64,000 bases of DNA from an uncultured bacterium (lineage in GTDB: Bacteria > Krumholzibacteriota > Krumholzibacteriia > LZORAL124-64-63): the NCBI GenBank assembly GCA_963732385.1, contig CAVSZB010000007.1, forward strand, positions 608,001-672,000. The letters are read 5' to 3'. The position numbers were made by a program, and so were the translations under genes. Of the stretch, positions 33,881 through 43,512 are shown one piece after another. Each line of letters begins with the position of its first letter. Position 1 is the first letter of the stretch. The notes under the pieces are model-generated. The model saw only the letters and a list, made by a program, of their open reading frames with translations. It was not told where the DNA came from and did no database searches.

Positions 33881-36040
33881 ATGCCACGCCTGATCGAGAA
33901 AGAAATCCCGCGGGTCTGGGTGCGGATGAGCCTCCTGGCGCTCACCGGCACTTTCTGCCTGCTGATGGGCATCTCCATCGCCTGGATCCGGCACCTTTCC
34001 CGGGATCTGCCTTCTCCGGCCGTCATCCAGGAGATCGCCCCGTCTCTGAAGACCCTGGTGCTCTCCGCTCGTGGAGACACCATCCACGAGTTCTATCGCG
34101 AGAACCGCGCCGTCGTGGCCCTGCCACGCATTCCCCGGCGCCTGCAGCAAGCGGTGGTCGCCATCGAGGATCGCCGCTTCTACGACCACTACGGCGTGGA
34201 CGCACGACGCATTGTGAAGATCATCTGGGTCAATCTCACCTCGCGCAGCCGGCCAGGCGCCAGCACCCTGACGCAGCAGCTCGCCCGCAATCTTTTCCTC
34301 ACGCCGGAGAAGACCGTCAGCCGCAAGCTCAAGGAGATCATCCTCGCGCTGCAGATCGAGCAGACGTATACGAAGGATGAAATCCTGGCCATGTACCTCA
34401 ACCAGATCTACCTCGGCCGAGGGGCGTACGGCGTGCAGGCGGCGGCCCGCACGTACTTTGGCAAGGATGTGCGGGATTTGGCGGACCCCGAGCTCACGCT
34501 CCTGGCCGGCCTGATCCAGAACCCCGGCCGCTTCAACCCCTTCACTCACGCCGACGCGGCCTACCGCCGCCGCGCTATCGTGCTGCAGTCCATGGTCGAG
34601 ACCGGCAGTCTTACGCGCGAGAGAGCAGAGGAGATCGGCCGCACGCCGGTCCGTCTCGCCGATCCCGATGACGTGCTGAATCACGTCGACTTCGGCGGCT
34701 ACTTCTTCGAGGAGGTGCGTCAGCATCTCGAGCGGCGCTACGGCGTTGCTGCGCTCTACGAAGGGGGATTGCGAGTCACCACGACGCTCGATCCTGCGGC
34801 GCAGCGATTCATGGAGCAGGCGGTCGAGCGGCACCTGACCAGGTTCGAGAAGGACTTCGGTTATCGGCATTCCCGCGCACGCTACCTGAGCCGGATCGAA
34901 GCGGAGGAGGCGGGTGCCCGGCCGGTCTACCTGCAATGCGCCGCCCTCCTGATGGACTCGCAGACCGGCGCCGTGCTCGGCATGGTGGGTGGTCGCTCCT
35001 TCCGGGAGAGCAAGTACAATCGCGCGGTGCAGTCGCGCCGCCAGCCCGGGTCGGTCTTCAAGCCATTCGTCTACCTCGCAGCCATCGAGCGCGGCTACAC
35101 GCCGGCCTCGATCCTGATGGACACGCCGGTCGTGATCGACACGGGGGCCGGGATCTGGCAGCCGCAAAACTACAGCGGAAAATTCGAAGGACCCGTCACG
35201 CTGCGCTACGCACTGTCGCACAGCATCAACTGCCCGACCGCCCGCTTCTATCTCGATTTCGGTCTGAGCCCGGTGCTCGATGCAGCCAGGGAACTCGGCA
35301 TCGCCAGCGATCTGCCCCGAGTTCCGGCGGTGTTTCTCGGCGCGGGAGAGGTCAGCCTGATCGAGGTGGTGGCCGCCTACGCCGCGTTTGGCGACCAGGG
35401 TATTCACGCCGAGCCCTACCTCATCTCGCGCGTGGAGACAGCGCAGGGCGAGGTGCTGGAAGAGAACGGTCCGCATCTGCGGGAGGCGCTGGACCCGGCA
35501 ACCGCCTACATCATGGCGGACCTCCTGCAGAGCACGCTACGCGAGGGCACCGGCGCACGTGCCGGCCAGTACGGCTTCCACGGCACCGGCGCCGGCAAGA
35601 CCGGCACGACGAACGACTGCACCGACGCCTGGTTCGTCGGCTTCACCCCCCGCCTCTGCGCCGGCGTCTGGGTCGGCTTCGATGACAAGGTCACCATGGG
35701 GCGCAAGAAGACCGGAGCCGTCATGGCACTGCCTGTGTGGGCCGATTTCATGGGGAAGATCATCGACAGCAACGCGGACGAGACGTTCCCGCGTCCGGCC
35801 GGAATCACGGAGAGGCCGGTTTGCTCCGAAACCGGACTCCTGGCCACGACCCGCTGCCCGCAGACCCGGCTGGAGATTTTTCTGGAGCGCAGTACACCCG
35901 GCTCGCCCTGTTCCCGCCATCCTGGGCCACTGCTCGATGCCTCGCGCATCCGCGTGACGACAACGCCCGCAGCAGACGAGGCGCCGGAGGATCCCGAAGC
36001 GCATGATCTGCCCGATCCACCGGGCCGCGACGAGCCTTAG
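33881..36040 (+). CDS. Class A penicillin-binding protein (PBP1A family)
   Basis: Transglycosylase EDRRFYDHYG, GASTLTQQL, RKLKE, YLNQIYLG; transpeptidase SVFK, SIN, KTGT. Confidence 0.95.
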   Translation: MPRLIEKEIPRVWVRMSLLALTGTFCLLMGISIAWIRHLSRDLPSPAVIQEIAPSLKTLVLSARGDTIHEFYRENRAVVALPRIPRRLQQAVVAIEDRRFYDHYGVDARRIVKIIWVNLTSRSRPGASTLTQQLARNLFLTPEKTVSRKLKEIILALQIEQTYTKDEILAMYLNQIYLGRGAYGVQAAARTYFGKDVRDLADPELTLLAGLIQNPGRFNPFTHADAAYRRRAIVLQSMVETGSLTRERAEEIGRTPVRLADPDDVLNHVDFGGYFFEEVRQHLERRYGVAALYEGGLRVTTTLDPAAQRFMEQAVERHLTRFEKDFGYRHSRARYLSRIEAEEAGARPVYLQCAALLMDSQTGAVLGMVGGRSFRESKYNRAVQSRRQPGSVFKPFVYLAAIERGYTPASILMDTPVVIDTGAGIWQPQNYSGKFEGPVTLRYALSHSINCPTARFYLDFGLSPVLDAARELGIASDLPRVPAVFLGAGEVSLIEVVAAYAAFGDQGIHAEPYLISRVETAQGEVLEENGPHLREALDPATAYIMADLLQSTLREGTGARAGQYGFHGTGAGKTGTTNDCTDAWFVGFTPRLCAGVWVGFDDKVTMGRKKTGAVMALPVWADFMGKIIDSNADETFPRPAGITERPVCSETGLLATTRCPQTRLEIFLERSTPGSPCSRHPGPLLDASRIRVTTTPAADEAPEDPEAHDLPDPPGRDEP

Positions 36041-37365
36041 GGCACCGGAGACCCGAGCCGTTCGAGCACCAGGGCCGGCGGCGCGACCGGCCCGGCGGCG
36101 ACGGTCACGGCGGCCCGCAGGCGCCGTGCGGCGGTTTCAGCCCGATCCCGGTCCCGGCAGAGCAGGGTGGCCAGCGGCTGGCCCCGGGTGACGGCGTCAC
36201 CCACGCGGGCGTGGAAGAGGATCCCGGCCGACAGGTCGAGGCTGTCTTCAACGCGGCGTCGCCCCCCGCCAAGGTCGGCCAGCGCATACCCCACTTCGCG
36301 ACACGCCACAGCCGTAACCCAGCCATCGGCGACCGCCTCGACCGCCAGGGCGGCCGGCGCCATGTCGAGGCCCCAGTCGTCGCGCTCCGGGTCGAGACGC
36401 CCCCCCTGGGCAGCGATCCAGGCGAGCAGTCGCTCCTGCGCCGTACCGCCATCCCACGCCGCCCGCACGCGCGCCAGCGCCGCCTCGCGAGTCGGGTCCA
36501 GCCGTGCCAGGAGCAGCATCTCCGCGACGAGGTCCTCGGTCAGAGCCACCAGGTCGGCCGGCGCGGAACGGCGTCCGCCGGGACGCAGCGCCGCGAACGC
36601 CTCCACCGCCTCCACCGCGTGCCCCACGGCGACTCCAAGCGGCTGCGACATGTCGGAGAAGACCACCGCCACGCTCCGCCCCCAGTGCCCCGCCACCTCG
36701 ATGAGGGCGCGCGCCAGCGCGCGGGCCGCGGCGAGGTCGGTCATGAAGGCGCCCGATCCGGTCTTCAGGTCGATGACGATCGAGGCGGGACCGGCCGCCA
36801 GCTTTTTGCTGAGAATAGAAGCGGTGATCAGGGGCACGCAATCCACGGTGGCGGTCACGTCGCGCAGGGCGTAGATCCGCCCGTCGGCCGGGGCGATCGC
36901 CGGCCCCTGGCCAATGATCGCACAGCCGGCCTCACCCACGATGCGCAGGAAGGTGGCGTTGTCGAGGTCGGTCCGGTAGCCGGGAACCGCGGCCAGCTTG
37001 TCGAGCGTGCCGCCAGTGTGACCCAGACCGCGCCCGGAGAGCATCGGCACGCAAAGACCGCAGGCGGCGGCAAGCGGCGCGAGCAGGAGACTCACCTTGT
37101 CCCCCACGCCGCCGGTACTGTGCTTGTCTGCGGTGGGAGCCGGCAGGCCGCCGAGATCGAGCCGCTGCCCCGAGCGGAGCATGGCGTCGGTGAGGGCGAT
37201 CGTTTCGGCGGTATCGAGACCGCGGAACCAGATGGCCATCAGACAGGCGGCCATCTGGTACTCCGGCACGCGACCGGCCGTGAAGCCCTCGACCAGGAAG
37301 TCGATCTCCTCCACATGCAGCACGGCGCCGCGCTTCTTGCGCTCGATGATCTCGACGGCGTTCAC
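36037..37365 (-). CDS. pdp: Pyrimidine-nucleoside (thymidine) phosphorylase
   Basis: DKHSTGGVGDK, SGRGLGHTGGTLDKL, YALRDVTATV, SILSKKLAAG. Confidence 0.95.
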   Translation of the reverse strand: MNAVEIIERKKRGAVLHVEEIDFLVEGFTAGRVPEYQMAACLMAIWFRGLDTAETIALTDAMLRSGQRLDLGGLPAPTADKHSTGGVGDKVSLLLAPLAAACGLCVPMLSGRGLGHTGGTLDKLAAVPGYRTDLDNATFLRIVGEAGCAIIGQGPAIAPADGRIYALRDVTATVDCVPLITASILSKKLAAGPASIVIDLKTGSGAFMTDLAAARALARALIEVAGHWGRSVAVVFSDMSQPLGVAVGHAVEAVEAFAALRPGGRRSAPADLVALTEDLVAEMLLLARLDPTREAALARVRAAWDGGTAQERLLAWIAAQGGRLDPERDDWGLDMAPAALAVEAVADGWVTAVACREVGYALADLGGGRRRVEDSLDLSAGILFHARVGDAVTRGQPLATLLCRDRDRAETAARRLRAAVTVAAGPVAPPALVLERLGSPVP

Positions 37366-37401
37366 GGATTCCTCTCGCCGACACGCGCCGGGCGGCACGG
37401 A

Positions 37402-38271
37402 TCAGCCGCTGATGATCTTCACGCCGGCGCTGGCGCCGAGACGATTGGCCCCAGCGGCGATCATGGCGTCGGCCGTAGCGCGATCGCGGATGCCCCCCGC
37501 CGCCTTCACGCCGACGTCGAGCCCCACCACGCGGCGCATCAGGCGCACATCGTGCACCGTGGCGCCTCCCTTGGCGAAGCCGGTGGAGGTCTTGACGTAG
37601 TCCGCGCCGGCATCGCGCGAGAGCACGCAGGCTGCGACCTTCTCCGCATCGTCGAGCAGCGCGCACTCGATGATCACCTTCAGGCAGGCGGCGCCGAGAG
37701 TTTCCCGGCGCACGGCCGCGATGTCCTCGTAGACGGCGCGGAATTCGTCACCCTTGAGCGCGCCGATCGGGATCACCATGTCCACCTCGGTGGCTCCCTG
37801 CTGCACGGCGCGACGCGCTTCGAGCGCCTTGATCTCGGTCTCGCAGGCGCCGAGCGGAAAACCGACCACGGTGCAGACCGCCACCGTCGTGCCGCGCAGA
37901 TGCTCCGCGCAGAGCCCTACCCAGACCGGGTTGACGCAGACCGCCGCGAACCGGTTCTCCGCCGCCTCGCGGCAGAGCGTTTCAATCTCCGCGCGGGTGG
38001 CCTCCGGCTTGAGGATCGTATGGTCGATGAAGCCGGCAAGATCGGGCGGTGTACGGCACGCCTCAGGGCAGAACCCCATGCGCGAGGCGCCCAGGTCGAT
38101 CCAGCCGCGCAGCAGGCGCCCGTCGTCGGCCAGCAGGCCGTGCGTGGACGGCGGCGCCTCGCCGGTCACGCTCCACCAGCCGGCGGCCGGAGCCGGTTCG
38201 GCGGGCAGTTCGCTCAGCACGCGCGCCACGACCCGGCGCGTCAGTTCCTCAACCCAGCGCGCGTCCGCCAC
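37402..38271 (-). CDS. deoC: Deoxyribose-phosphate aldolase with a ~70-aa N-terminal extension
   Basis: IDHTILKP, VGFPLG, EVDMVI, KVIIE, YVKTSTGF, VKAAGGIR, RLGAS. Confidence 0.96.
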   Translation of the reverse strand: MADARWVEELTRRVVARVLSELPAEPAPAAGWWSVTGEAPPSTHGLLADDGRLLRGWIDLGASRMGFCPEACRTPPDLAGFIDHTILKPEATRAEIETLCREAAENRFAAVCVNPVWVGLCAEHLRGTTVAVCTVVGFPLGACETEIKALEARRAVQQGATEVDMVIPIGALKGDEFRAVYEDIAAVRRETLGAACLKVIIECALLDDAEKVAACVLSRDAGADYVKTSTGFAKGGATVHDVRLMRRVVGLDVGVKAAGGIRDRATADAMIAAGANRLGASAGVKIISG

Positions 38272-38274
38272 GGC

Positions 38275-38700
38275 TCACTCCTCCCCGCCGCCGGGCGGCG
38301 TGCCGGCGCCATCGAAGGTCGTGAACGCGCGCGGCAGCAGGTCGGCCAGCGCCCACTCCTCGTCGGGACCGCCGGCGCCGGCCAGCACTACCGTCAGACC
38401 CGGCGCGAACTCCTGCAGGGCCTGGCGGCAGGCGCCGCAGGGGGGAGTGGGATGCCCCTCCCCCGTGACGACCGCGATGGCCGTGAACTCCCGCTCCCCG
38501 TCGGCGATCGCGCGGCACAGAGCGGCCCGCTCCGCACAGATCGACAGCCCGAAGCTGGCGTTCTCCACGTTCGTGCCGGCGTGGATCCGGCCGGACACGC
38601 CCAGGAGAGCCGCGCCCACCGCGAAGTGAGAATAGGGAGAATAGCTGCGCGTCCGCACCGCCCGCGCCGCGGCCACCAGTTCGGCGAAGGGTCCGCTCAT
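38275..38700 (-). CDS. cdd: Cytidine deaminase (homotetrameric type)
   Basis: YSPYSHFAVGAA, NVENAS, CAER, PCGACRQ. Confidence 0.96.
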   Translation of the reverse strand: MSGPFAELVAAARAVRTRSYSPYSHFAVGAALLGVSGRIHAGTNVENASFGLSICAERAALCRAIADGEREFTAIAVVTGEGHPTPPCGACRQALQEFAPGLTVVLAGAGGPDEEWALADLLPRAFTTFDGAGTPPGGGEE

Positions 38701-39893
38701 GCCGCTCCTCCCGCCGGAGCCGCCCGCAACGTCTCCAGGAAACTCCGACCGACGGCCGGCACCGTCGCGCCGAAGAATTCGGCCACGGTGGCCCCGACGT
38801 CCGCGAACGTGGCCCGGTCGCCCAACGGACCGCCTCCCTCGCGGCCGCCGAGCATCGCCAACAGCGGCACATATTCGCGCGCGTGGTCGGTGCTGGCGGT
38901 CGTCGGGTCATTCCCGTGGTCGGCGGTGATCAGCAGCAGGTCGCCGGAGCGTAGCCGCGGCAGCCAGCCGGCCAGCCAGGCGTCGAACCGGGCCAGCTCG
39001 GCGGCCATCCCCGCAGGATCGTTGCGATGCCCCCAGAGCATGTCGAAGTCCACCAAATTCAGCAGGAAAAGGACGTCACCGTCTACGTCGCGCGCATAGG
39101 CCTCGGCCAGCGCCTGCTGTCCCTGCGCGTTTCCCTTGGCGACAATCTTCTCGGTGATCCCCTTTGCTGCATAGAGATCGGAGATCTTGCCGACCGCGGT
39201 CACACCGACCTCCGCTTCCACGAGGCGGGGCAGCAGGAGCGTGTCGGGCGGCTCGACCGAGAAGTCGCGCCGGTTGGGGGTCCGGACATAGTGTCCGGAG
39301 GCGCCGGTGAACGGCCGTGCGATCACCCGGCTGACATGGTGGGGCGGCACAAGCAGTTGGCGGGCCGCCTCGCACCACGAGTACAACCTGGCGAGCGGCA
39401 CGACCTCCTCGTGCGCAGCGATCTGGAAGACCGAATCGGCCGACGTGTAGATGATCGGCCGCCCCGTGCGCACATGCTCGTCGCCCAGGCGCTCGATGAT
39501 CTCCGTGCCGGACGCCACGCAGTTGCCCAGCGCCTCCAGCCCCACCGCTTCACGGAACCGTTCGAGAACGGCGGGAGGGAAGCCCCCGGGATAGGTCGGA
39601 AATGGGACCTCGGTGATAACCCCCATCAACTCCCAGTGCCCGGTCGTGCTGTCCTTGCCATGAGAGACCTCTCCCAGCCGGCCCCAGGCCGCCAGCGGGC
39701 GAACTGCCGGCGGCACGCCGGCGATGGGGTGCAGATTGCCCAGCCCCAGCCGCGCGAGCGTCGGCAGCGCGAGACCGCCGACCGCGCGCGCCGTATTGCC
39801 GAGCGTGTCGCTGCCGGCATCGCCATAGTCGGCCGCGTCGGGCAGTTCTCCCGCGCCGACCCCGTCCAGAATGATGATGACTGCGCTGGCCAA
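38697..39893 (-). CDS. deoB: Phosphopentomutase
   Basis: IILDGVG, GKDSTTGHWE, YTSADSVFQIAAHE, NLVDFDMLWGHRND, TADHGNDPT, DHAREYVP; TTG start inferred. Confidence 0.95.
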   Translation of the reverse strand: MASAVIIILDGVGAGELPDAADYGDAGSDTLGNTARAVGGLALPTLARLGLGNLHPIAGVPPAVRPLAAWGRLGEVSHGKDSTTGHWELMGVITEVPFPTYPGGFPPAVLERFREAVGLEALGNCVASGTEIIERLGDEHVRTGRPIIYTSADSVFQIAAHEEVVPLARLYSWCEAARQLLVPPHHVSRVIARPFTGASGHYVRTPNRRDFSVEPPDTLLLPRLVEAEVGVTAVGKISDLYAAKGITEKIVAKGNAQGQQALAEAYARDVDGDVLFLLNLVDFDMLWGHRNDPAGMAAELARFDAWLAGWLPRLRSGDLLLITADHGNDPTTASTDHAREYVPLLAMLGGREGGGPLGDRATFADVGATVAEFFGATVPAVGRSFLETLRAAPAGGAA

Positions 39894-39930
39894 GCTGCCA
39901 CTCCCCGCTTCGCGGTGAAACAGTCCGAAC

Positions 39931-39959
39931 AGGTTAGGCGGCACTCCGCGCGAAGTCAA
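39931..39959 (-). promoter_or_regulatory. Putative sigma70 promoter of deoB-cdd-deoC-pdp
   Basis: TTGACT-N17-TAACCT about 40 nt upstream of the deoB start. Confidence 0.6.
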
Positions 39960-40039
39960 CGGCCGGCAGCGCCCGCCGGTCGGGAACGATCCGTGAATCC
40001 ACAGCTTGTGCGAACGGGGTGACAGCGTAGAATGGTGGC

Positions 40040-41443
40040 ATGTGCGCCGACCTTTTCCGTCATGATCCCGGGCCGTCCGCGTCCCCCGCATCCGCTGGCG
40101 ACCGTGCGGCACCGGTTTCCCCGCTCGCCGATCGGATGCGCCCGGCCACGCTCGATGATGTGGTCGGCCAGGACGATCTGCTCGGCGCCGGTCGGCCTCT
40201 GCGGCGCCTGATCGAGACCGACGCGGTGCCGTCGCTCATCCTTTGGGGCCCTCCCGGCTGCGGCAAAACGACCCTGGCACGCCTGATCGCCGGCCGGGCC
40301 CGCGCGCGCTGCCTGGAGTACAGCGCCGTGGCGGTCGGCACGAAGGAGCTGAAGGAGACCATGGTCGAGGCGCAGAAGCTGCGCCACGCCACCGGTCGGC
40401 GCACCCTGATCTTCCTGGACGAGATCCACCGCTTCACCAAGAGCCAGCAGGACTCGCTGCTACCCTGGGTCGAGCGGGGCGACATCACGCTGATCGGCGC
40501 CACGACGGAAAACCCGTCCTTCGAGTTGAATGCGGCCCTGCTATCGCGGCTGCGCCTGTTCGTGCTGTCCCGCCTGACCCCGACCGACCTCGTGGCTCTC
40601 CTGCGCCGCGCGCTGGCCGAACCGCGCGGGCTGGCGGGGATGGCCCCCCCGTTCACCGACGAGGCGCTCGACGCCCTGGCGACCCTGAGCGAGGGCGATG
40701 CGCGCAGCTGTCTCAACCTGCTCGAGACTGCGGCGCTGGCGGCAACCGAGACGACCGCGGGACGCTCTGCGCCCCCCGTCACCGTCGACACACTCGCCGA
40801 ACTCGTACGCCGACGCCTCCTCCGCTACGACAAGGCGGGCGAGGAGCACTTCAATCTCATCTCGGCTCTGCACAAGTCGCTGCGCAACAGCGACGCCCAG
40901 GCGGCTCTCTACTGGCTCGGGCGCATGCTGGCCGGCGGCGAGGATCCGCTGTACATCGCCCGGCGCCTGGTGCGCTTCGCCAGCGAGGATGTCGGTCTGG
41001 CTGACCCGGCGGCCCTGCCCCAGGCGCTGGCCGCGCGCGACGCGCTGCAGTTCATCGGCCAGCCCGAGGGCGAACTGGCGCTGGCGCAGGCGGTCGTCTA
41101 CCTCGCGCTCTCCCCCAAGAGCAACGCGCTCTACACCGGTTACGCGGCCGTGGTCGAGGAGACGCGCCACGGCCTCAATCCCCCGGTGCCGCTGCAGTTG
41201 CGCAACGCGCCCACCTCCATGATGAAGGGGCTCGGCTACGGCGCGGGCTATGTCTACGCCCACGACACCGCGGAGGGAGTCGCCGCCATGCCGTGCCTGC
41301 CGCCCGAACTGGCGGACCGTGAGTTCTACACCCCGACCCGGCGCGGCTATGAGGCCACGCTGGCCGATCGGCTCGCGCGGCTCGCGGCGTGGCGGCGCCG
41401 GCGGGCCGGCGGCGAAGCCGGACAACTAGGAGGCGACGGATGA
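40040..41443 (+). CDS. rarA: Replication-associated recombination protein A (RarA/MgsA AAA+ ATPase)
   Basis: PLADRMRP, GPPGCGKTT, FLDEIHRF, GATTENPSF, ISALHKSLR, ASEDVG, PKSNA. Confidence 0.95.
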   Translation: MCADLFRHDPGPSASPASAGDRAAPVSPLADRMRPATLDDVVGQDDLLGAGRPLRRLIETDAVPSLILWGPPGCGKTTLARLIAGRARARCLEYSAVAVGTKELKETMVEAQKLRHATGRRTLIFLDEIHRFTKSQQDSLLPWVERGDITLIGATTENPSFELNAALLSRLRLFVLSRLTPTDLVALLRRALAEPRGLAGMAPPFTDEALDALATLSEGDARSCLNLLETAALAATETTAGRSAPPVTVDTLAELVRRRLLRYDKAGEEHFNLISALHKSLRNSDAQAALYWLGRMLAGGEDPLYIARRLVRFASEDVGLADPAALPQALAARDALQFIGQPEGELALAQAVVYLALSPKSNALYTGYAAVVEETRHGLNPPVPLQLRNAPTSMMKGLGYGAGYVYAHDTAEGVAAMPCLPPELADREFYTPTRRGYEATLADRLARLAAWRRRRAGGEAGQLGGDG

Positions 41444-42399
41444 AGAGGATCGGCGTGCTCACCGGCGGCGGCGACTGCGCGGGCATGAACGCTGCGGTGC
41501 GGGCGGTGGTGCGAACGGCCTGGTCGAAGGGCGCCGAGGTGATCGGCATCAACCGCGGCTGGCTCGGCCTGAGCGAGGGTGACGCCGAGGTGATGGGGCC
41601 GGGGTCGGTGAGCGGAATCATCGACAGAGGGGGCACGGTGCTGCGCACCTTCCGCTACCCGGAATTCCAGAATCCGGCCGGACAGGAGAAAGTGCGCCGC
41701 CAGGTCGAGCGACTGAAGCTGGACGGCATGGTGATCATCGGCGGCGACGGCAGCTTCCGGGGCGGCCATGTGCTGGACCACACCTTCGATCTGCCGGTGA
41801 TCGGAGTGCCGGGCACCATCGACAACGACATTCCCGGCACCGACTGGTCGATCGGCTTCGACACGGCGCTCAACATCGCGATCGAGGCCGTGGGCAAGGT
41901 CCGCGACACCGCCACCAGCCACGGCCGCATTTTCGTCATCGAGGTGATGGGTCGCTCCTGCGGCCTGCTGGCGATCCAGTCCGGCATCGCCTGCGGCGCC
42001 GAGGAGGTGCTGGTGCCCGAAATCCCGTTCGACCTCGACGAGATCTGCCGCCGTATCGACAAGGGGTACGACCGGGGCAAACGGCACGCGATCATCATCG
42101 TGGCGGAGGGGGCGGCCAAGGCGTCGGTCATCACCTACGAGATGAAGAACCGCCTGCAGCGCAGCATCCGCATGGTGGTCCTGGGTCACGTGCAGCGCGG
42201 CGGCTCCCCGTCGGCCTTCGACCGCATCCTCGCCACGCGCCTGGGCAGCTACGCCACGGAGATCCTGTTCGAGGGCCAGCGCGGCGTGATGGTTGGCCTG
42301 GTGGCCAACCGGTTCAAGACCAGTCCGCTGCGCAAGTCCAGCTACCGCATGGACAAGGTCGTGGCTCACTACGCGGTGCTGCAGCGCCTGCTGGCCTGA
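41440..42399 (+). CDS. pfkA: ATP-dependent 6-phosphofructokinase
   Basis: GGDCAGMN, IGGDGS, PGTIDND, EVMGR, LGHVQRGG; Gly in GGDGS and PGTIDND indicates the ATP type. Confidence 0.94.
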   Translation: MKRIGVLTGGGDCAGMNAAVRAVVRTAWSKGAEVIGINRGWLGLSEGDAEVMGPGSVSGIIDRGGTVLRTFRYPEFQNPAGQEKVRRQVERLKLDGMVIIGGDGSFRGGHVLDHTFDLPVIGVPGTIDNDIPGTDWSIGFDTALNIAIEAVGKVRDTATSHGRIFVIEVMGRSCGLLAIQSGIACGAEEVLVPEIPFDLDEICRRIDKGYDRGKRHAIIIVAEGAAKASVITYEMKNRLQRSIRMVVLGHVQRGGSPSAFDRILATRLGSYATEILFEGQRGVMVGLVANRFKTSPLRKSSYRMDKVVAHYAVLQRLLA

Positions 42400-42496
42400 G
42401 ACGACCTCACTGGCGGCGGAACCGGCAGGCAAACGCCGTGAGCGCAGGGCGCACACGGCGTTCACTCGACAGGACGCAGGGCAGCCTGTTTCCCGG

Positions 42497-43339
42497 CTAG
42501 TCGATCGACCCCTTGACGAAGGTGTTCGCGTAGCGGAACCAGTTCACCTTCATCTTGCCCACGATGTGACCGAGCACGCCGTTGTCCGCCTTGCGATCGG
42601 CGTAGTTCTCGACGACCTCGGTCAGCGTGAACGAACCCTGCAGCGGCAACTGCTTGGCGTTGAGCAGTTCCAGCATCCACTCCGCGCCGGGGCTCAGTTC
42701 CACGATCTCGAGCGTGGCGTTCGGGAAGACGGCGAACCAGCCCTGCTGCTGGGGAGCGGCCGGCTTGGGCGCACGCACGAAACGGGCAACGAGCGACTGC
42801 ACCTGGATCGTGGCGCCGCCCGGGTCCTTCGGCAGGTAGTTCTTGGCGTCTTCGATCTTCTTCCAGTCGAGATCCGGCAGGGGGGCTCCCGGAGTCTGCG
42901 TCTGGTCCGACGTTAGTCTGATCACGCGCGGCAGAGCATACGTGAAGACCGAATCGACCATGGTCGCCTGTCCGCCGCGCTTGACGCGCCGCACCTTGAG
43001 ATGCGAGACAGGCGTGAACAGCTTCTGCACGCCCAGGAGCGCTCCCTGATAGGAGGAGACGTTCTGCTCCAGATCCTTGGCGACCACGAACTCGAGCACA
43101 TTGCCGTCGCGAACGATGCCCGCATTCCCTTTGACATATTCGAACTGCGGCGCGTCGATCTCGAACAGGAAGTTCTTGCTCAGAGTATCGCCGCGGGTAA
43201 CGGCCCTGAGAGAGGCGTACACGAACGGGTCGACCGCCTTCTTCTTGCCGCAACCCACAAGGCTCAGGCAGGACAGCAGCGCGACGACGCCGAGTAGCAA
43301 CAAGAGGCCCCGGCTACGCATGGACCGCATCAAAGACAT
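42497..43339 (-). CDS. Hypothetical lipoprotein
   Basis: Hydrophobic signal with lipobox LVGC, GGAGG RBS, coding-like codon usage; no family recognised. Confidence 0.7.
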   Translation of the reverse strand: MSLMRSMRSRGLLLLLGVVALLSCLSLVGCGKKKAVDPFVYASLRAVTRGDTLSKNFLFEIDAPQFEYVKGNAGIVRDGNVLEFVVAKDLEQNVSSYQGALLGVQKLFTPVSHLKVRRVKRGGQATMVDSVFTYALPRVIRLTSDQTQTPGAPLPDLDWKKIEDAKNYLPKDPGGATIQVQSLVARFVRAPKPAAPQQQGWFAVFPNATLEIVELSPGAEWMLELLNAKQLPLQGSFTLTEVVENYADRKADNGVLGHIVGKMKVNWFRYANTFVKGSID

Positions 43340-43512
43340 TGGAATGACCTCCCTTGGGACTTCTTTTGCCTTGCGGGTGGGGTGGCAAGGCCGACACATC
43401 TCCAACCTGCACCGGAACTCTGCCTGCGGCAGCGCAGGGCACGAATAATTCCCGGATACGCCTCTCGAACTGCATGGAAAATGCGGCTTTGGCACCAGGA
43501 AAGCAAGCCCGA

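Noticed and set aside
39994..40002. DnaA-box-like GAATCCACA between deoB and rarA
   Set aside because: Single copy with two mismatches and no other origin features.
43490..43505. TGGCACCAGGAAAGCA sigma54-like element
   Set aside because: On the + strand with no sense gene downstream, and a poor -12 element.
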